Virus record (IMG/VR): IMGVR_UViG_3300028549_001457
Location: 192,001 to 256,000 of that record
Strand: one strand, 5' to 3'
Length of the DNA: 64,000 bases
Source of the DNA: a virus
Lineage: Duplodnaviria; Caudoviricetes
In this document: positions 15,741 through 26,000 of the stretch, piece by piece
Numbering within the stretch: position 1 is the first letter of the stretch
How the letters are laid out: every line of letters begins with the position of its first letter
Position numbers and translations under genes: made by a program
Notes under the pieces: generated by a model
The model's database searches: none
What the model was told of the DNA's origin: nothing
Seen by the model: only the letters and a program-made list of their open reading frames with translations

Positions 15741-16089
15741 TGTATTACTAGTTGAAGATAACGCGGTTAATACCGAGTGTTTTGAGCGGGTGTTAACGCA
15801 AGATGGGCATAAAGTTCAATCAGCTCAATCTGGTGAAGAGGCGCTAGATAAATTTGTTAGGGACACGTTTGATTTAATCCTAATGGATATTGGGCTCCCT
15901 GGGATTGATGGCTTTGAGACTACACAACGAATAAGATCTATGGGGTTTTTAGGTCCAGTGATAGCAATAACTGCATATACTTCGAATGAAGTTAGAGCTA
16001 AAGCCACCCATGTAGGGTGTACATGTTTCAGATCTAAACCGATTTCCCTCAAGGATCTCCGGGCAATCGTTAAGAATTACTTTCAATGA
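15733..16089 (+). CDS. single-domain response regulator (CheY/DivK-like receiver)
   Basis: VLLVEDN, LILMDIGLPGIDG (phospho-Asp), AITAY, SKP; AGGAG RBS before ATG 15733. Confidence 0.93.
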   Translation: MCNVLLVEDNAVNTECFERVLTQDGHKVQSAQSGEEALDKFVRDTFDLILMDIGLPGIDGFETTQRIRSMGFLGPVIAITAYTSNEVRAKATHVGCTCFRSKPISLKDLRAIVKNYFQ

Positions 16090-16116
16090 AGCTTGTCTTT
16101 TTGAAGAGGTCCTACC

Positions 16117-17751
16117 TTGGCTACAAATGAGAATGCGCTCTCGTCCCCATCTGGTTTGATTGCTTTTACAGTCCACCAGCCAATTCCATCTGGGTATCTA
16201 AATTCTGTAAATACATGTATTACTACATTAGATACGGCGAAGCATAATCGTGGGACCGCTTTATTGGCTGCGGATGAACTTCACTATGGTAAATTCACGG
16301 CAACGGATTCATTTTCAGTATCACATCCAACATCTACCTCTACCGTTATTATTAATAGTATAGCTGGGCAGGTATCTTCGTTAGACTTAACAAAAGATGG
16401 TGCTGTCCGTGGGGCTATTCAAGTTGATTCATTAGGGGACTCCACTAACTGGGCTTCCTATGCTGCATTTACGGGGTCTTTTATTGATTTCCCTATCTCA
16501 GTGGCTAACACTTCCGGAGGGGCCATCACTTTAGTTAGACCCCTAAGTGGGTCATCCGCCTCTTTTACGGGCAACCTAGCAGCAGGCTCATTTGATGCCG
16601 CCACGCTGAATCTAGGGACATCTTTAGCTTCAACCATTAATATGGGGACTGCCGCAGGTACCCAGATTATCAATATAGGCACTGGTTCTGGCGTTACCTC
16701 CATTAACCTTGGGGGTGCCGGGGATACTGTCAACGTGGCGGGGACTCTAACCTACATCAATACCACTAACTTAACGGTTACAGATAAACTAATAACCCTC
16801 AATAAGGGTGGCTTGGTATCATCTGGGGACGCCTGTGGCCTTGAAGTTGAAGAGAATAACTTACCAGAGGGTTTCTTAAAAGTAGGGAATGTAAGGAATT
16901 CGTGGCTTCTTAAAGCTCCTGGGAGACCTGGGACGTTCTCGTTTACTCCTGGGGACTCTGCATTTAACTCAGAAATACGTTCGACAGCAACCGCTGCAAG
17001 ATCTTTTACGTTGCCAGATACATCCGGAACTCTTGCTCTTACGTCTGATATTGCTTCTGCGGTGGGTGGTTTGTCTCTGAATGGTATTAATGACGTCACT
17101 ATAGCCTCCCCTGCCACGGGTGAACTACTGATGAAGAGTTCTGGTGATTGGGTTAATGCTAATATATCCGAGATTCCACTTACAGGATACTCAGTAGGGT
17201 CGAACACCCTCCTGGCAGCTACAGATACCTTTGGGTCAGCTTTTGGTAAACTCCAGGGGCAGATAACGGCCCGTATGACATCCGTATCCGTAACCGCCCC
17301 CCTTGTTAGGAGTGTGTCTGCGGGAGAGGCTGCGGGAGGTTCATATCTAACCTACAGTTTATCTATGCCTGCTGCAACCGTGGCAGGTGCTGGGCATATG
17401 ACAGCAACCCAAGTAACTGATTTGTCTAACTGTGTGTCTAAACTGGCAGGTATTTCCGCTGGGGCCTCGGTTTCAACGGTTACTGGGACCGCTCCTATCT
17501 CAGTTGTAAACAATACAACTACCCCAGCTATCTCGATTGCCAAGGCAACATCAACCACTGCCGGGTATTTATCCGCTGCTGACTGGAACACGTTTAATAA
17601 CAAACAAAATGCATTAGGTGGCAACTCATATGTCCCCATTGATGCAAATAGTCGTGCGGATCTTCCTGCCAATGGTTTAAGATTTGGTGTAGCGGGATCT
17701 TATTACAGTCTTAACATTGTAAATGGTATCTTAATTCAGACAGCCCTTTAA
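16117..17751 (+). CDS. putative tail-fibre/virion structural protein
   Basis: Gly/Ser/Thr-rich; LTVTDKLITLNKGG and FTLPDTSGTLALTSD motifs common in phage fibres. Confidence 0.6.
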   Translation: MATNENALSSPSGLIAFTVHQPIPSGYLNSVNTCITTLDTAKHNRGTALLAADELHYGKFTATDSFSVSHPTSTSTVIINSIAGQVSSLDLTKDGAVRGAIQVDSLGDSTNWASYAAFTGSFIDFPISVANTSGGAITLVRPLSGSSASFTGNLAAGSFDAATLNLGTSLASTINMGTAAGTQIINIGTGSGVTSINLGGAGDTVNVAGTLTYINTTNLTVTDKLITLNKGGLVSSGDACGLEVEENNLPEGFLKVGNVRNSWLLKAPGRPGTFSFTPGDSAFNSEIRSTATAARSFTLPDTSGTLALTSDIASAVGGLSLNGINDVTIASPATGELLMKSSGDWVNANISEIPLTGYSVGSNTLLAATDTFGSAFGKLQGQITARMTSVSVTAPLVRSVSAGEAAGGSYLTYSLSMPAATVAGAGHMTATQVTDLSNCVSKLAGISAGASVSTVTGTAPISVVNNTTTPAISIAKATSTTAGYLSAADWNTFNNKQNALGGNSYVPIDANSRADLPANGLRFGVAGSYYSLNIVNGILIQTAL

Positions 17752-17771
17752 GGTCTGAGCCATAAGGTCCC

Positions 17772-18422
17772 ATGGATACCCACACCCACAAATTTATATC
17801 AAACTTGGCACTGGATCTAACTTTATTTGAAACAATGGAGTTAGCCCCATCCCCTGTGGTGTGGGAATCCATAAGTGTTGATGAAGACCTGGAAACTGAG
17901 ACTGAGAGAGTTTTTCATTTTCAGGCTCAGGGACATGCCAGCCTGGGGGCTTGGCTTACAAAAGCCTACCTGGGGGTCCCGTCTAAAAGTCTTAAAACAC
18001 CCCCAGATGGTCAGCTAGAGCTGGCCTGGGAGGGGATAGGGAGACTCCTAACATCTTTTACTAGGTCAATTCTAGTTCCAACGGCTGAGCTAGAAGTATC
18101 CATAAATTCGTCAATCACATCAGCCTATTCTGCGAGGAGGCTCGTAGCCTATATTGGATCTGACGCAGATTTGTTAAATAAAATGAGGTTTAGGGTGGCA
18201 TTAAATACCTATATGTATGTGTATTCTATGATGCTTATGTATCGTAATCACCCCACTTTTGCAGATAAAGTCGCATCCCATCGACTTGACAAAATTGCAA
18301 TCCAGACAAAACGTGTAATTGAAGCGTCTTTCCTGAGAGGGGCCGCTTTTGATATACTTGAACAGGCTATGACACTAGCTGGGGCTAGCTTCAATCAACT
18401 TTTACAGCGAACTCAAAAGTGA
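17772..18422 (+). CDS. hypothetical protein
   Basis: 216-aa ORF. Confidence 0.65.
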   Translation: MDTHTHKFISNLALDLTLFETMELAPSPVVWESISVDEDLETETERVFHFQAQGHASLGAWLTKAYLGVPSKSLKTPPDGQLELAWEGIGRLLTSFTRSILVPTAELEVSINSSITSAYSARRLVAYIGSDADLLNKMRFRVALNTYMYVYSMMLMYRNHPTFADKVASHRLDKIAIQTKRVIEASFLRGAAFDILEQAMTLAGASFNQLLQRTQK

Positions 18423-18533
18423 CTTTTAAACTTTTCTTTTAAGAGTGGGGTCTTGAGGGACCCCACTGAATTTTTGACAGATGCATAGCGTATTTAAATT
18501 TACGGCCAAGCGCCACTAACCAAAGGAGGACTC

Positions 18534-19136
18534 GTGCTATTTAGATCTCGCACGACCATCGAGGCTAACCACGCCCAAACCGCACGACAACCAAGGCTGG
18601 GGATTAGGAGGAACCAGCTAATCAAGAAAGCTTTCTCACTTAGAAAGTGGGTCATCAGAAGTTGTTCTACCCTGGGGGTTCTCAGTGTATTGGGGGGAAT
18701 CCTGATGGTAGGTCTGTATATCCATCACCTAAAAGCAGAGAGCCAAAGGCTCCGGGGGCACATTTCATATCTTCAACAGGTAGGGGATGATAATGCAAAA
18801 ATTGCAAACTGGTTCAACAAGGCGTTTTCAAAGACCCGAATTACCGCGTATGTCCCCTATCTAGGTGGAATTAATGGCGGCGGGAAAAATTACGCAAATG
18901 GCGAACCCGTATTACCGCTGGCAGCTTCAAGACAAGCACTTAAAAATGGGTCTGTTGCCATGGGGGACTATGTTATTTTGATTGGGCAAATCAAGGACAA
19001 AAAAGGTCCTTCTATTGAGAACCATTCATTTGACATCCATGTCCCAGATGCTGAAACAGCAGCACTAATTGGAAATAGACCATATTTCTATTCAAAGGTT
19101 GCACCAGGGGGATTCCCAATACATAGAACCCCCTAA
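18534..19136 (+). CDS. membrane-anchored 3D-domain-like cell-wall hydrolase
   Basis: TM helix, coiled coil, then TRITAY...NYANG...LAAS...IKD...SFDIHV resembling 3D/RlpA-type domains. Confidence 0.6.
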   Translation: MLFRSRTTIEANHAQTARQPRLGIRRNQLIKKAFSLRKWVIRSCSTLGVLSVLGGILMVGLYIHHLKAESQRLRGHISYLQQVGDDNAKIANWFNKAFSKTRITAYVPYLGGINGGGKNYANGEPVLPLAASRQALKNGSVAMGDYVILIGQIKDKKGPSIENHSFDIHVPDAETAALIGNRPYFYSKVAPGGFPIHRTP

Positions 19137-19172
19137 TAAAAATAGGCCGCTCTCGCGGCCTATTTTTATTTT
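19137..19172 (+). terminator. intrinsic terminator
   Basis: AAAAATAGGCCGC-TCTC-GCGGCCTATTTTT. Confidence 0.85.
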
Positions 19173-19189
19173 TATATAGGGGAACTATT

Positions 19190-20311
19190 GTGGCTAAAAT
19201 ATCTGCAGACCAAGTTGAGTTTAACCAACTGTATAACTCGGTAGGACAGCCTGGAACGGTGTTCGGAACGTCTATGGACCATAGCATTAAGAGTCCATTT
19301 GCTCGTATTAACTCGCTAACTGGAGGCCCCTCTGATGCGTCCTCTGTAGGTGCTTCTTATTCTTTACAGGCTTTCTGCAACAGAAGTTCTTGCTATGCTA
19401 ATGAATATGTCACTGTATCGCTTATCGCAACCAGCAAGGTTGTAGTACCCTTTGACGTAGACTTATCTTCTGATCTAATTATGACTCTAAATGGGGTCCC
19501 TTGGGGGTTCTCATATACTAAATCATGGGTAAACAACAGTGCCACCATACAGTTTAGATCGCCAGATACTGCGGGTCTTTACAAGATTGCTTTTACAACC
19601 GCATTTGAAATACAGACTTCAACTGCGGTTGCAACTATACGAGTCTCATCCTCACTTCTAAATGACTTTGTGTTAACCTCGTTAACTAAACTGTTTCTTG
19701 ATAGTCAGGACGTAACTGTTATTTGTGTTACAGCCCAGAGTCGTGGAACTGGTCTCCCCATAACAACTTTTGGGAATAATTCTTCGTTGACCACAGCCCA
19801 AGTGGTTAACATAGTTCCCCCAGTATCTAATGATATGCAGGTTGTCTCACTTGCAGGCCCTACCCCTCCATCGCTTCCTCTGGTAGACCCCTGGTTCTCT
19901 TTCTCACTTGACGCATCCTGCACAAACTTTGAGGGAATTACCGCTGAAGTGGCCTTTAAGGATGCTTTGGGGGTGCCTCAATGGAGAATGCCTGTCAGTC
20001 TCCCAGCTAATCAGACTTCCATATCCATGACGTTCCCCTTCCCGGATTGGGAGGATCAATATACTTTGCTCCTTGGACTCATTAAGGACGTTGGCTGGGT
20101 AGAAGGCACATTTGAGTTAACGTTTGACCATTCACATGGCCTAGGATTTCCTGTTACAGTATCTAAGTTTAGTGTATCTGCAGCAGACTCATCAAACCAA
20201 CCCATTTCGTTCACTAATTTAGATACAAATACTCCTATTGACGCTCTATTTCCAATTGTATGGGTTCAGGGCTCAACCTACTTAGTGTTCTGGGCTGATG
20301 AGGATATTTAA
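19190..20311 (+). CDS. putative virion structural protein
   Basis: beta-rich 373-aa ORF in the structural block. Confidence 0.55.
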   Translation: MAKISADQVEFNQLYNSVGQPGTVFGTSMDHSIKSPFARINSLTGGPSDASSVGASYSLQAFCNRSSCYANEYVTVSLIATSKVVVPFDVDLSSDLIMTLNGVPWGFSYTKSWVNNSATIQFRSPDTAGLYKIAFTTAFEIQTSTAVATIRVSSSLLNDFVLTSLTKLFLDSQDVTVICVTAQSRGTGLPITTFGNNSSLTTAQVVNIVPPVSNDMQVVSLAGPTPPSLPLVDPWFSFSLDASCTNFEGITAEVAFKDALGVPQWRMPVSLPANQTSISMTFPFPDWEDQYTLLLGLIKDVGWVEGTFELTFDHSHGLGFPVTVSKFSVSAADSSNQPISFTNLDTNTPIDALFPIVWVQGSTYLVFWADEDI

Positions 20312-21238
20312 ATGGCAACTTATAGATTAGGTGCAAGTATCTCTGGTACCGCTATTCCCTTCATTACTGGAACCGAGTTTCAGTTTGAGTCGAACCATAC
20401 TCTTCAATTGCAAGTAGCCTGCACCCCTACGCACCCTGGGACAATTGGATGGTTCCCAGGGATTACTGCTTCTGGGTATTGTCTTCCGGGGGCAGCGCTA
20501 CCTACCTGCAGTTTGACAATCCTAAATAATAATCTTGAACCTATCCCTAATTTACCCCTCCCAGAAGTTTCTCTTATTGAGGATCCTCTATATGGGCGCT
20601 TTACACTCGGGTATGCCGACACCACGTTGAGAACGCTGTCAGTAGCGTCTCTAGGCTCTGGGGTATACCAAATCACGGGGACTCTTCCACAAGCTCCTAC
20701 ATGGGTTAGACTAAGGGTTACGGTGTATGAGAATACGTTTGAGCTACCTCTCTGGCCAGTGGGTTGCCCGGTATACCTTCTAGAATCTCTGCCAACTTTA
20801 ACGGGTGCTCCCTATAGCTCTGATTCATTTATATCCAACCTTGTATTAACTCCATATTTATCCAAGTTCCCTCACACTCAATCCTGTGTTAAAAGTGCTG
20901 GATGCACCCCTAGTTTTATGGACTTGAGTGATCCCGTTGACCCAGCTTCATTTTTTATTCAAACGGCGATTCCTAGATCCCGTTATAATGCCATAACCCT
21001 GAAGGAAGGGGGGGCTACAAAGTGCTTCCTGGAGCCAGTGTGGGACCCAGCTACTTCATCGTATGCTCTGTCAGTGCTCTCAGGCCTCCAAGAAACTATT
21101 GGAGACGATACTCTGTCTCTAGGGATAACTGCCTCAGCTCCTATCTTATATATCCAGGGTTCCGCTATATCAAATGCGTTTGATACAACCCCTGATGCTA
21201 CCCATTTGGGTTGGTCTTCGAATATTTTCTTTGGATAA
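20312..21238 (+). CDS. putative virion structural protein
   Basis: 308 aa, directly coupled to the previous ORF. Confidence 0.55.
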   Translation: MATYRLGASISGTAIPFITGTEFQFESNHTLQLQVACTPTHPGTIGWFPGITASGYCLPGAALPTCSLTILNNNLEPIPNLPLPEVSLIEDPLYGRFTLGYADTTLRTLSVASLGSGVYQITGTLPQAPTWVRLRVTVYENTFELPLWPVGCPVYLLESLPTLTGAPYSSDSFISNLVLTPYLSKFPHTQSCVKSAGCTPSFMDLSDPVDPASFFIQTAIPRSRYNAITLKEGGATKCFLEPVWDPATSSYALSVLSGLQETIGDDTLSLGITASAPILYIQGSAISNAFDTTPDATHLGWSSNIFFG

Positions 21239-21260
21239 TATATAGACTTGGTATATTATA

Positions 21261-21443
21261 ATGAACTCGCAGCGGCAGTTGGTTCACGACCTACGAAATG
21301 CGCTCACTACATCGTCTTTTGCGATAGATTTTTTATTATCCGTGGATTTCTCAGACGCTAAGAATGTTGAACAGGCAATTAAAGCTCTTGATAGGTCTAC
21401 CCAAGAGGCTATTGGGTTAGTTAAAAAATTACGCATTGAATAA
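21261..21443 (+). CDS. stand-alone HisKA/DHp-like helical hairpin
   Basis: LVHDLRNALT H-box motif in a 60-aa protein with no ATPase domain. Confidence 0.6.
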   Translation: MNSQRQLVHDLRNALTTSSFAIDFLLSVDFSDAKNVEQAIKALDRSTQEAIGLVKKLRIE

Positions 21444-21497
21444 TGTTGTGTAATAGTTTTATTGCTGTATTATCATATACATGAGTGGAGTTCGACT

Positions 21498-22490
21498 ATG
21501 GCGGATGCTATTTCTTTTGACGAGAGTTTCTGGGTTGAAGAAATAGACCCCACAGACCCCGAATCGCTAAGTTCAGTTTCTGTGGATTATACACCAGCTT
21601 TCAATTTAGGGGTGTGTTTTAAAGACAACTTTGAGGTTTACTTAAAGTATCTAGCATTGTTGGATCCCCTTGAGGCAGACCTCCTTATCCTTTATTACTA
21701 TTGTGATAAGAAGGTTAAGGAAATAGCCAAGATTCTGAAGACTACACCTGTTAAAGTGTCAGGACTCATTAGTCAGGCTGAACAGCGTCTAGCTCTGTTA
21801 TTGCACATTAATTTACTCCTTACAACATCTGTTTTACAAGAGATAAACAAAGTAATAACTGCTGAGTATGATAGAGTTATCTTCAGGACCTTTCTGCGTG
21901 AGGTATCCCGCAGGCGCACCTCCCATGTTTTGGGATTGACATTTCACCAAGTTAGTTCCTCAATTAAACGTATCGTGGAAACTCTCTCTAAGAGTGAGTT
22001 GTCGCTTGAATTAAGGGATCTTATTAAGATTATATCCCCTAGTGTGGCATCCCCCCGAGAAACTCGCCAATTAGACCCTTCGGAGCGGGTTTGTGTTTTT
22101 GATGTTATCAGTTGCCCTCAACAAGTCTACGCTATTAGCACCCTCGCAAATCCTAAATTATCCTTGGGTAACTTTGGGGATTCCAGCACATCTCTTCTCC
22201 AAGAGTTCTCTGAGTTAGCTAACCAAGCATCCTATTTTTCAGTTAATCAAGCTATCCTGGCGCATCAACTTGGGGACTCTTCCGTAGATCTATGGGATTA
22301 CCTAGTGCCATCATTCATATCTAGACTTATTAGTGCCGATCAATTTGCGTATGTAACGCTCACAGAATCCGTTGAAATCCCTATTAATCCAGCTAAAACT
22401 GTTGTTTCTATCGTTAAGAAATCCCCTCCTCAAAAGGCCAGAAAAATAACCGTATCAAGACACTCCAAGGAAGTTTCCGCAGTAGTATAG
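21498..22490 (+). CDS. protein with sigma-region-4-like tandem HTH (putative transcription factor)
   Basis: LDPLEADLLILYYYCDKKVKEIAKILKTTPVKVSGLISQA, second HTH-like SRRRTSHVLGLTFHQV; GGAG RBS before ATG 21498. Confidence 0.55.
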   Translation: MADAISFDESFWVEEIDPTDPESLSSVSVDYTPAFNLGVCFKDNFEVYLKYLALLDPLEADLLILYYYCDKKVKEIAKILKTTPVKVSGLISQAEQRLALLLHINLLLTTSVLQEINKVITAEYDRVIFRTFLREVSRRRTSHVLGLTFHQVSSSIKRIVETLSKSELSLELRDLIKIISPSVASPRETRQLDPSERVCVFDVISCPQQVYAISTLANPKLSLGNFGDSSTSLLQEFSELANQASYFSVNQAILAHQLGDSSVDLWDYLVPSFISRLISADQFAYVTLTESVEIPINPAKTVVSIVKKSPPQKARKITVSRHSKEVSAVV

Positions 22491-22587
22491 ATTTCTTTTT
22501 AGTGAAGGCTTTAAATCCTTCCAACTGCCTAAATTTCCTTATCTAGAGTGTGGTCCTGAGTACCAGGAGTCTTGACACGAGGCCTTT

Positions 22588-22989
22588 ATGAAATTCTCTA
22601 ATGACATTATTGAGATCCCTAAGACTAGTCTCAGCCCAAATTTACGGGCAGAGATTATGTGCAATCCAGATTCCATCAATGGATTAGTGTCAGCTCATAC
22701 ATCTTCTGCGGTGGCTCAGGAGTTAGGTAATTTTGCTAGACACCTATCCAGTAAGGCAAAGTCATTTTTATCTAGAATGGGGCTCCGACGAATCACCGCG
22801 TCACTTTTTGTGAGTGCCGCTACAAACGAATATTGGGGCTTCAACAACGAGGGGAACCTCTGTCGTATGGTTGGCGATGGTGCAGATGGCGCATTTGCTG
22901 ATGGTACTATTGATGCTTTTGACCCTAAGATCCACTCCGACCTTGCAAGTGCCTACAGCATGGGTCGCCTTGAAGCTTCTCTATACTAA
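22588..22989 (+). CDS. hypothetical (probable head-associated) protein
   Basis: 133-aa ORF with GAGG RBS. Confidence 0.6.
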   Translation: MKFSNDIIEIPKTSLSPNLRAEIMCNPDSINGLVSAHTSSAVAQELGNFARHLSSKAKSFLSRMGLRRITASLFVSAATNEYWGFNNEGNLCRMVGDGADGAFADGTIDAFDPKIHSDLASAYSMGRLEASLY

Positions 22990-23022
22990 TCCTTTAAATA
23001 GACACTTTAGGAAGGTCCCCCC

Positions 23023-26000
23023 ATGAGTAAAACAGAAGTAGTTCTCGCTTTTTCCCAACTTCCTGAGGACTGCCAGAACCCATTCAAGAGCCTCTACCCT
23101 GAGATTGTCCCTGAGACCCCTGTAGCTATTGTTATAGACCCAGAAGGTCGATCTCTTGACTTTACCGTGGGTGCTCGTGAAATGACCTTCGGCCCTTCAA
23201 ATGAGAACTACTCAGTATTCTTACAGGGTTGCTATAGGATGCTATTTTCAGCAGCCCAAAAACAGGGTTGGATGAATCAGTTTCCCACAGACGGTCCAGC
23301 AGCTACGGTTGCTGAAGAGGCCGCTCCCGTGGTAGCGTCCTCCCCTGCTCCACCAGCCCCTAAGCAGGCTTCTAATGTCGATATGGAAGCTAGGGTTGCC
23401 GCTCTGACAGCCAAACTTGCGAGTCTACCTAAGAGTCCCGAGGTAGAATCTATGAAGGCTAAACTAGCCTCTGTGTCAGGTAAGGTTAAAACTGCCTCCT
23501 CTGACCCCAGCCCCAAACCAGAGGACAAACTGTATGTTCGCCCTCTTGATTTTGTTAATACGCTACGAGATGACTGGAACTCCTGGGCCGATGAGCATGG
23601 TGGGCAGGAGTCTATGAATAAGCAGGGGGGAATTGATATCCTCGCAAAACATCAGGCTTCCAAGGAAGCCTCTGAGCAATTTGGGTTTACCCATGAAGCT
23701 TCTGCCCCTTGGGTAAACCCTAAGGGTCTACTAGTAGCTGATGATAGCAAGCTGGTAGCACAACTTCGAGTCAGGACCGCTGGCCTTACCACAGACTCCA
23801 ACGTTAACGGTGAGGCTCAGCTAATGGGGACTACCGAAAATCCCGTGCAAGATGTCGCAAACGGGTCCGTAAAGGAGGTGGCTACCGCGAAGTCTGCGAG
23901 TAGCCTGGACTTTCGACCTGACGTCACTACTTCTTCGGTAAAAAAAGCATACTCACCCGTAATAGCTCAGGCTGTCAATAAGTATGTTGCTGAACATGCT
24001 GGGTCCGAGGTTACTCTCCCCGAGTTAAAACAGCAGGTTAAAAGCATTACGTCCTCCTGGAAGGAAATGCTACACTACATGCAGGATTTCAGTCTCTTAA
24101 AGGCTGTTGGAACTGATAGGGTTGTTATTCTTAATCGTGACTTGGTGGCCGACTTACAAGTTCTTCCCACTAAAATGGCCGCTGCCAAGACCGCAGAGAG
24201 TTTTTATGCTAGAGTTTGGGTCAAACCGGATGGATCTCTTGTTGAAGTTAAAGGTTCTGTTAATGATGGGGTTTATCATTCCACCGTTGCCTTAGAACAG
24301 GGGTTTAATACTCAGGAAGATGCTTTTCTGGCTGGCTGGGTTAGGGCTGGATTCGTGTTTGGAACCAATGGATACATGGAGTTTAATGCAGATAAACTGC
24401 GTGATGCTCAAGTTCATGCGCTTCAAACTCATTTTAGTTTGAATGGTGCCACTGAGGTGACATTAGAAGACTACAGAGGTGGGACTTCTAGTGTATACAT
24501 TAAGGATTTCTATGAAATGAATGCACAAGCCTGTGTTAAGGAAGTTACCCGAAGAAATGCGTATGCGTCCGTGAAAAAAGCCCGTAACTGTAATGCCGAG
24601 CCTGTCACGACTACATTTGGAACTTTCCCAATTCGTATAGATTGTCCCGCTGGGTGCAAGGTCTCAGGGGTAGACCCCCAGGGGAATGCCTGGGAGAGCA
24701 TTCAGAGTGTTGATTATGGTGAGATCATCGATACCGTTGGTGGAGACGGTGAAGCCATTGACGTCTTCCTAGGGCCTGATACTAACGCACCATGGGTATT
24801 TATTGTAAACCAGACTAAATATGATGATTCCCAGGATAAGGTTGTCCCCGATGAAATTAAAGTTGGGTTAGGCTTCTGGTCATTAGAAGATGCTAGGGAT
24901 GCCTATTTAAGCATGTTTGAGAATGGATGGACTAACTATGACTCAAACATAGTCACTACCTCCACTGATTCACTGCGTGAGTGGCTTGAGTCTACCCATG
25001 GGGCTAAGAATGTAACTGCGGATGACTTTACGCTTACCACAGGAACCCCTGAAGTAGTTCAACCAACTCCTGTTGTGGCTCCGGAAGTTTTCAGAAGTAT
25101 CAGCAATGCCCCTATTACTTCTTACGTGGCCTCCGTTGATCATGACATCCCTGCACCTCATCAGGCTGATGTTCTCACCATGTTCCAAGACCCCTCTGTT
25201 AGGCCCATGGATGCTACTTCGGCTAAGGTTGCCACCTTGTTTGCTAAACAGACTGTGGATCATACCAGAGGTCATCAGGCCAGTTTTGATGCCCATACTC
25301 GCGCCTCAATTGAATCTGCTGTTAAGGTTTCCGTGGAGTCTCATAAGGCTAATTTGACTCCTGCTCGGACTTCTTCTAGTCGGATTGCTGAGATTATTAC
25401 CGCTGAACTCAATCTAGGGTATAGCCCTGAAGAGTGCGATCATAGGGCTTCTTTGGTGAGCTACTTTGGGTCCGATCAAAAGACCTTTAGGCGCACCCTG
25501 GCTAAATTGGCTGGTATTGCAGGGAATCTGGTGTTGCAGCCTAACTTCATTAAGAATTCCTGCACGGTTACCCATGCCGCTTTAAATGGTCAGCATAAAG
25601 CTACTAGGTCCAAGACCCCCTATCATGCAGTGGCTTCTACATCTGCTTGCGCTGGATGCACCAATTATAAGTGCAATTCACAAGGTGTTAAACATTGTGC
25701 TCTTTACAGTAAGCCCATAGTTGCGTCTGTTGAAGAAATGCATAAATTAGCCAATTCTGTCTGGGGTGTTTCCCAGGAAGCTATGACTCCTACTGGATTG
25801 AGTAAGAGGGCCGCTGCACACCTTGCGTCAAAGAATTCTACGGCTTCCAAGTCTCCACTCCCCACTATAACGGCTGCAGTTGATTTTGGGGATGGGGCAG
25901 AGAGTCGCCCAAGCCCTTCTTTGAAGGCATCGATTCCAACAGCTTCAGTAGCACCCAAGACATATATTGTAGCGGCTTTATCACAGGGTCAGACCCCCGC

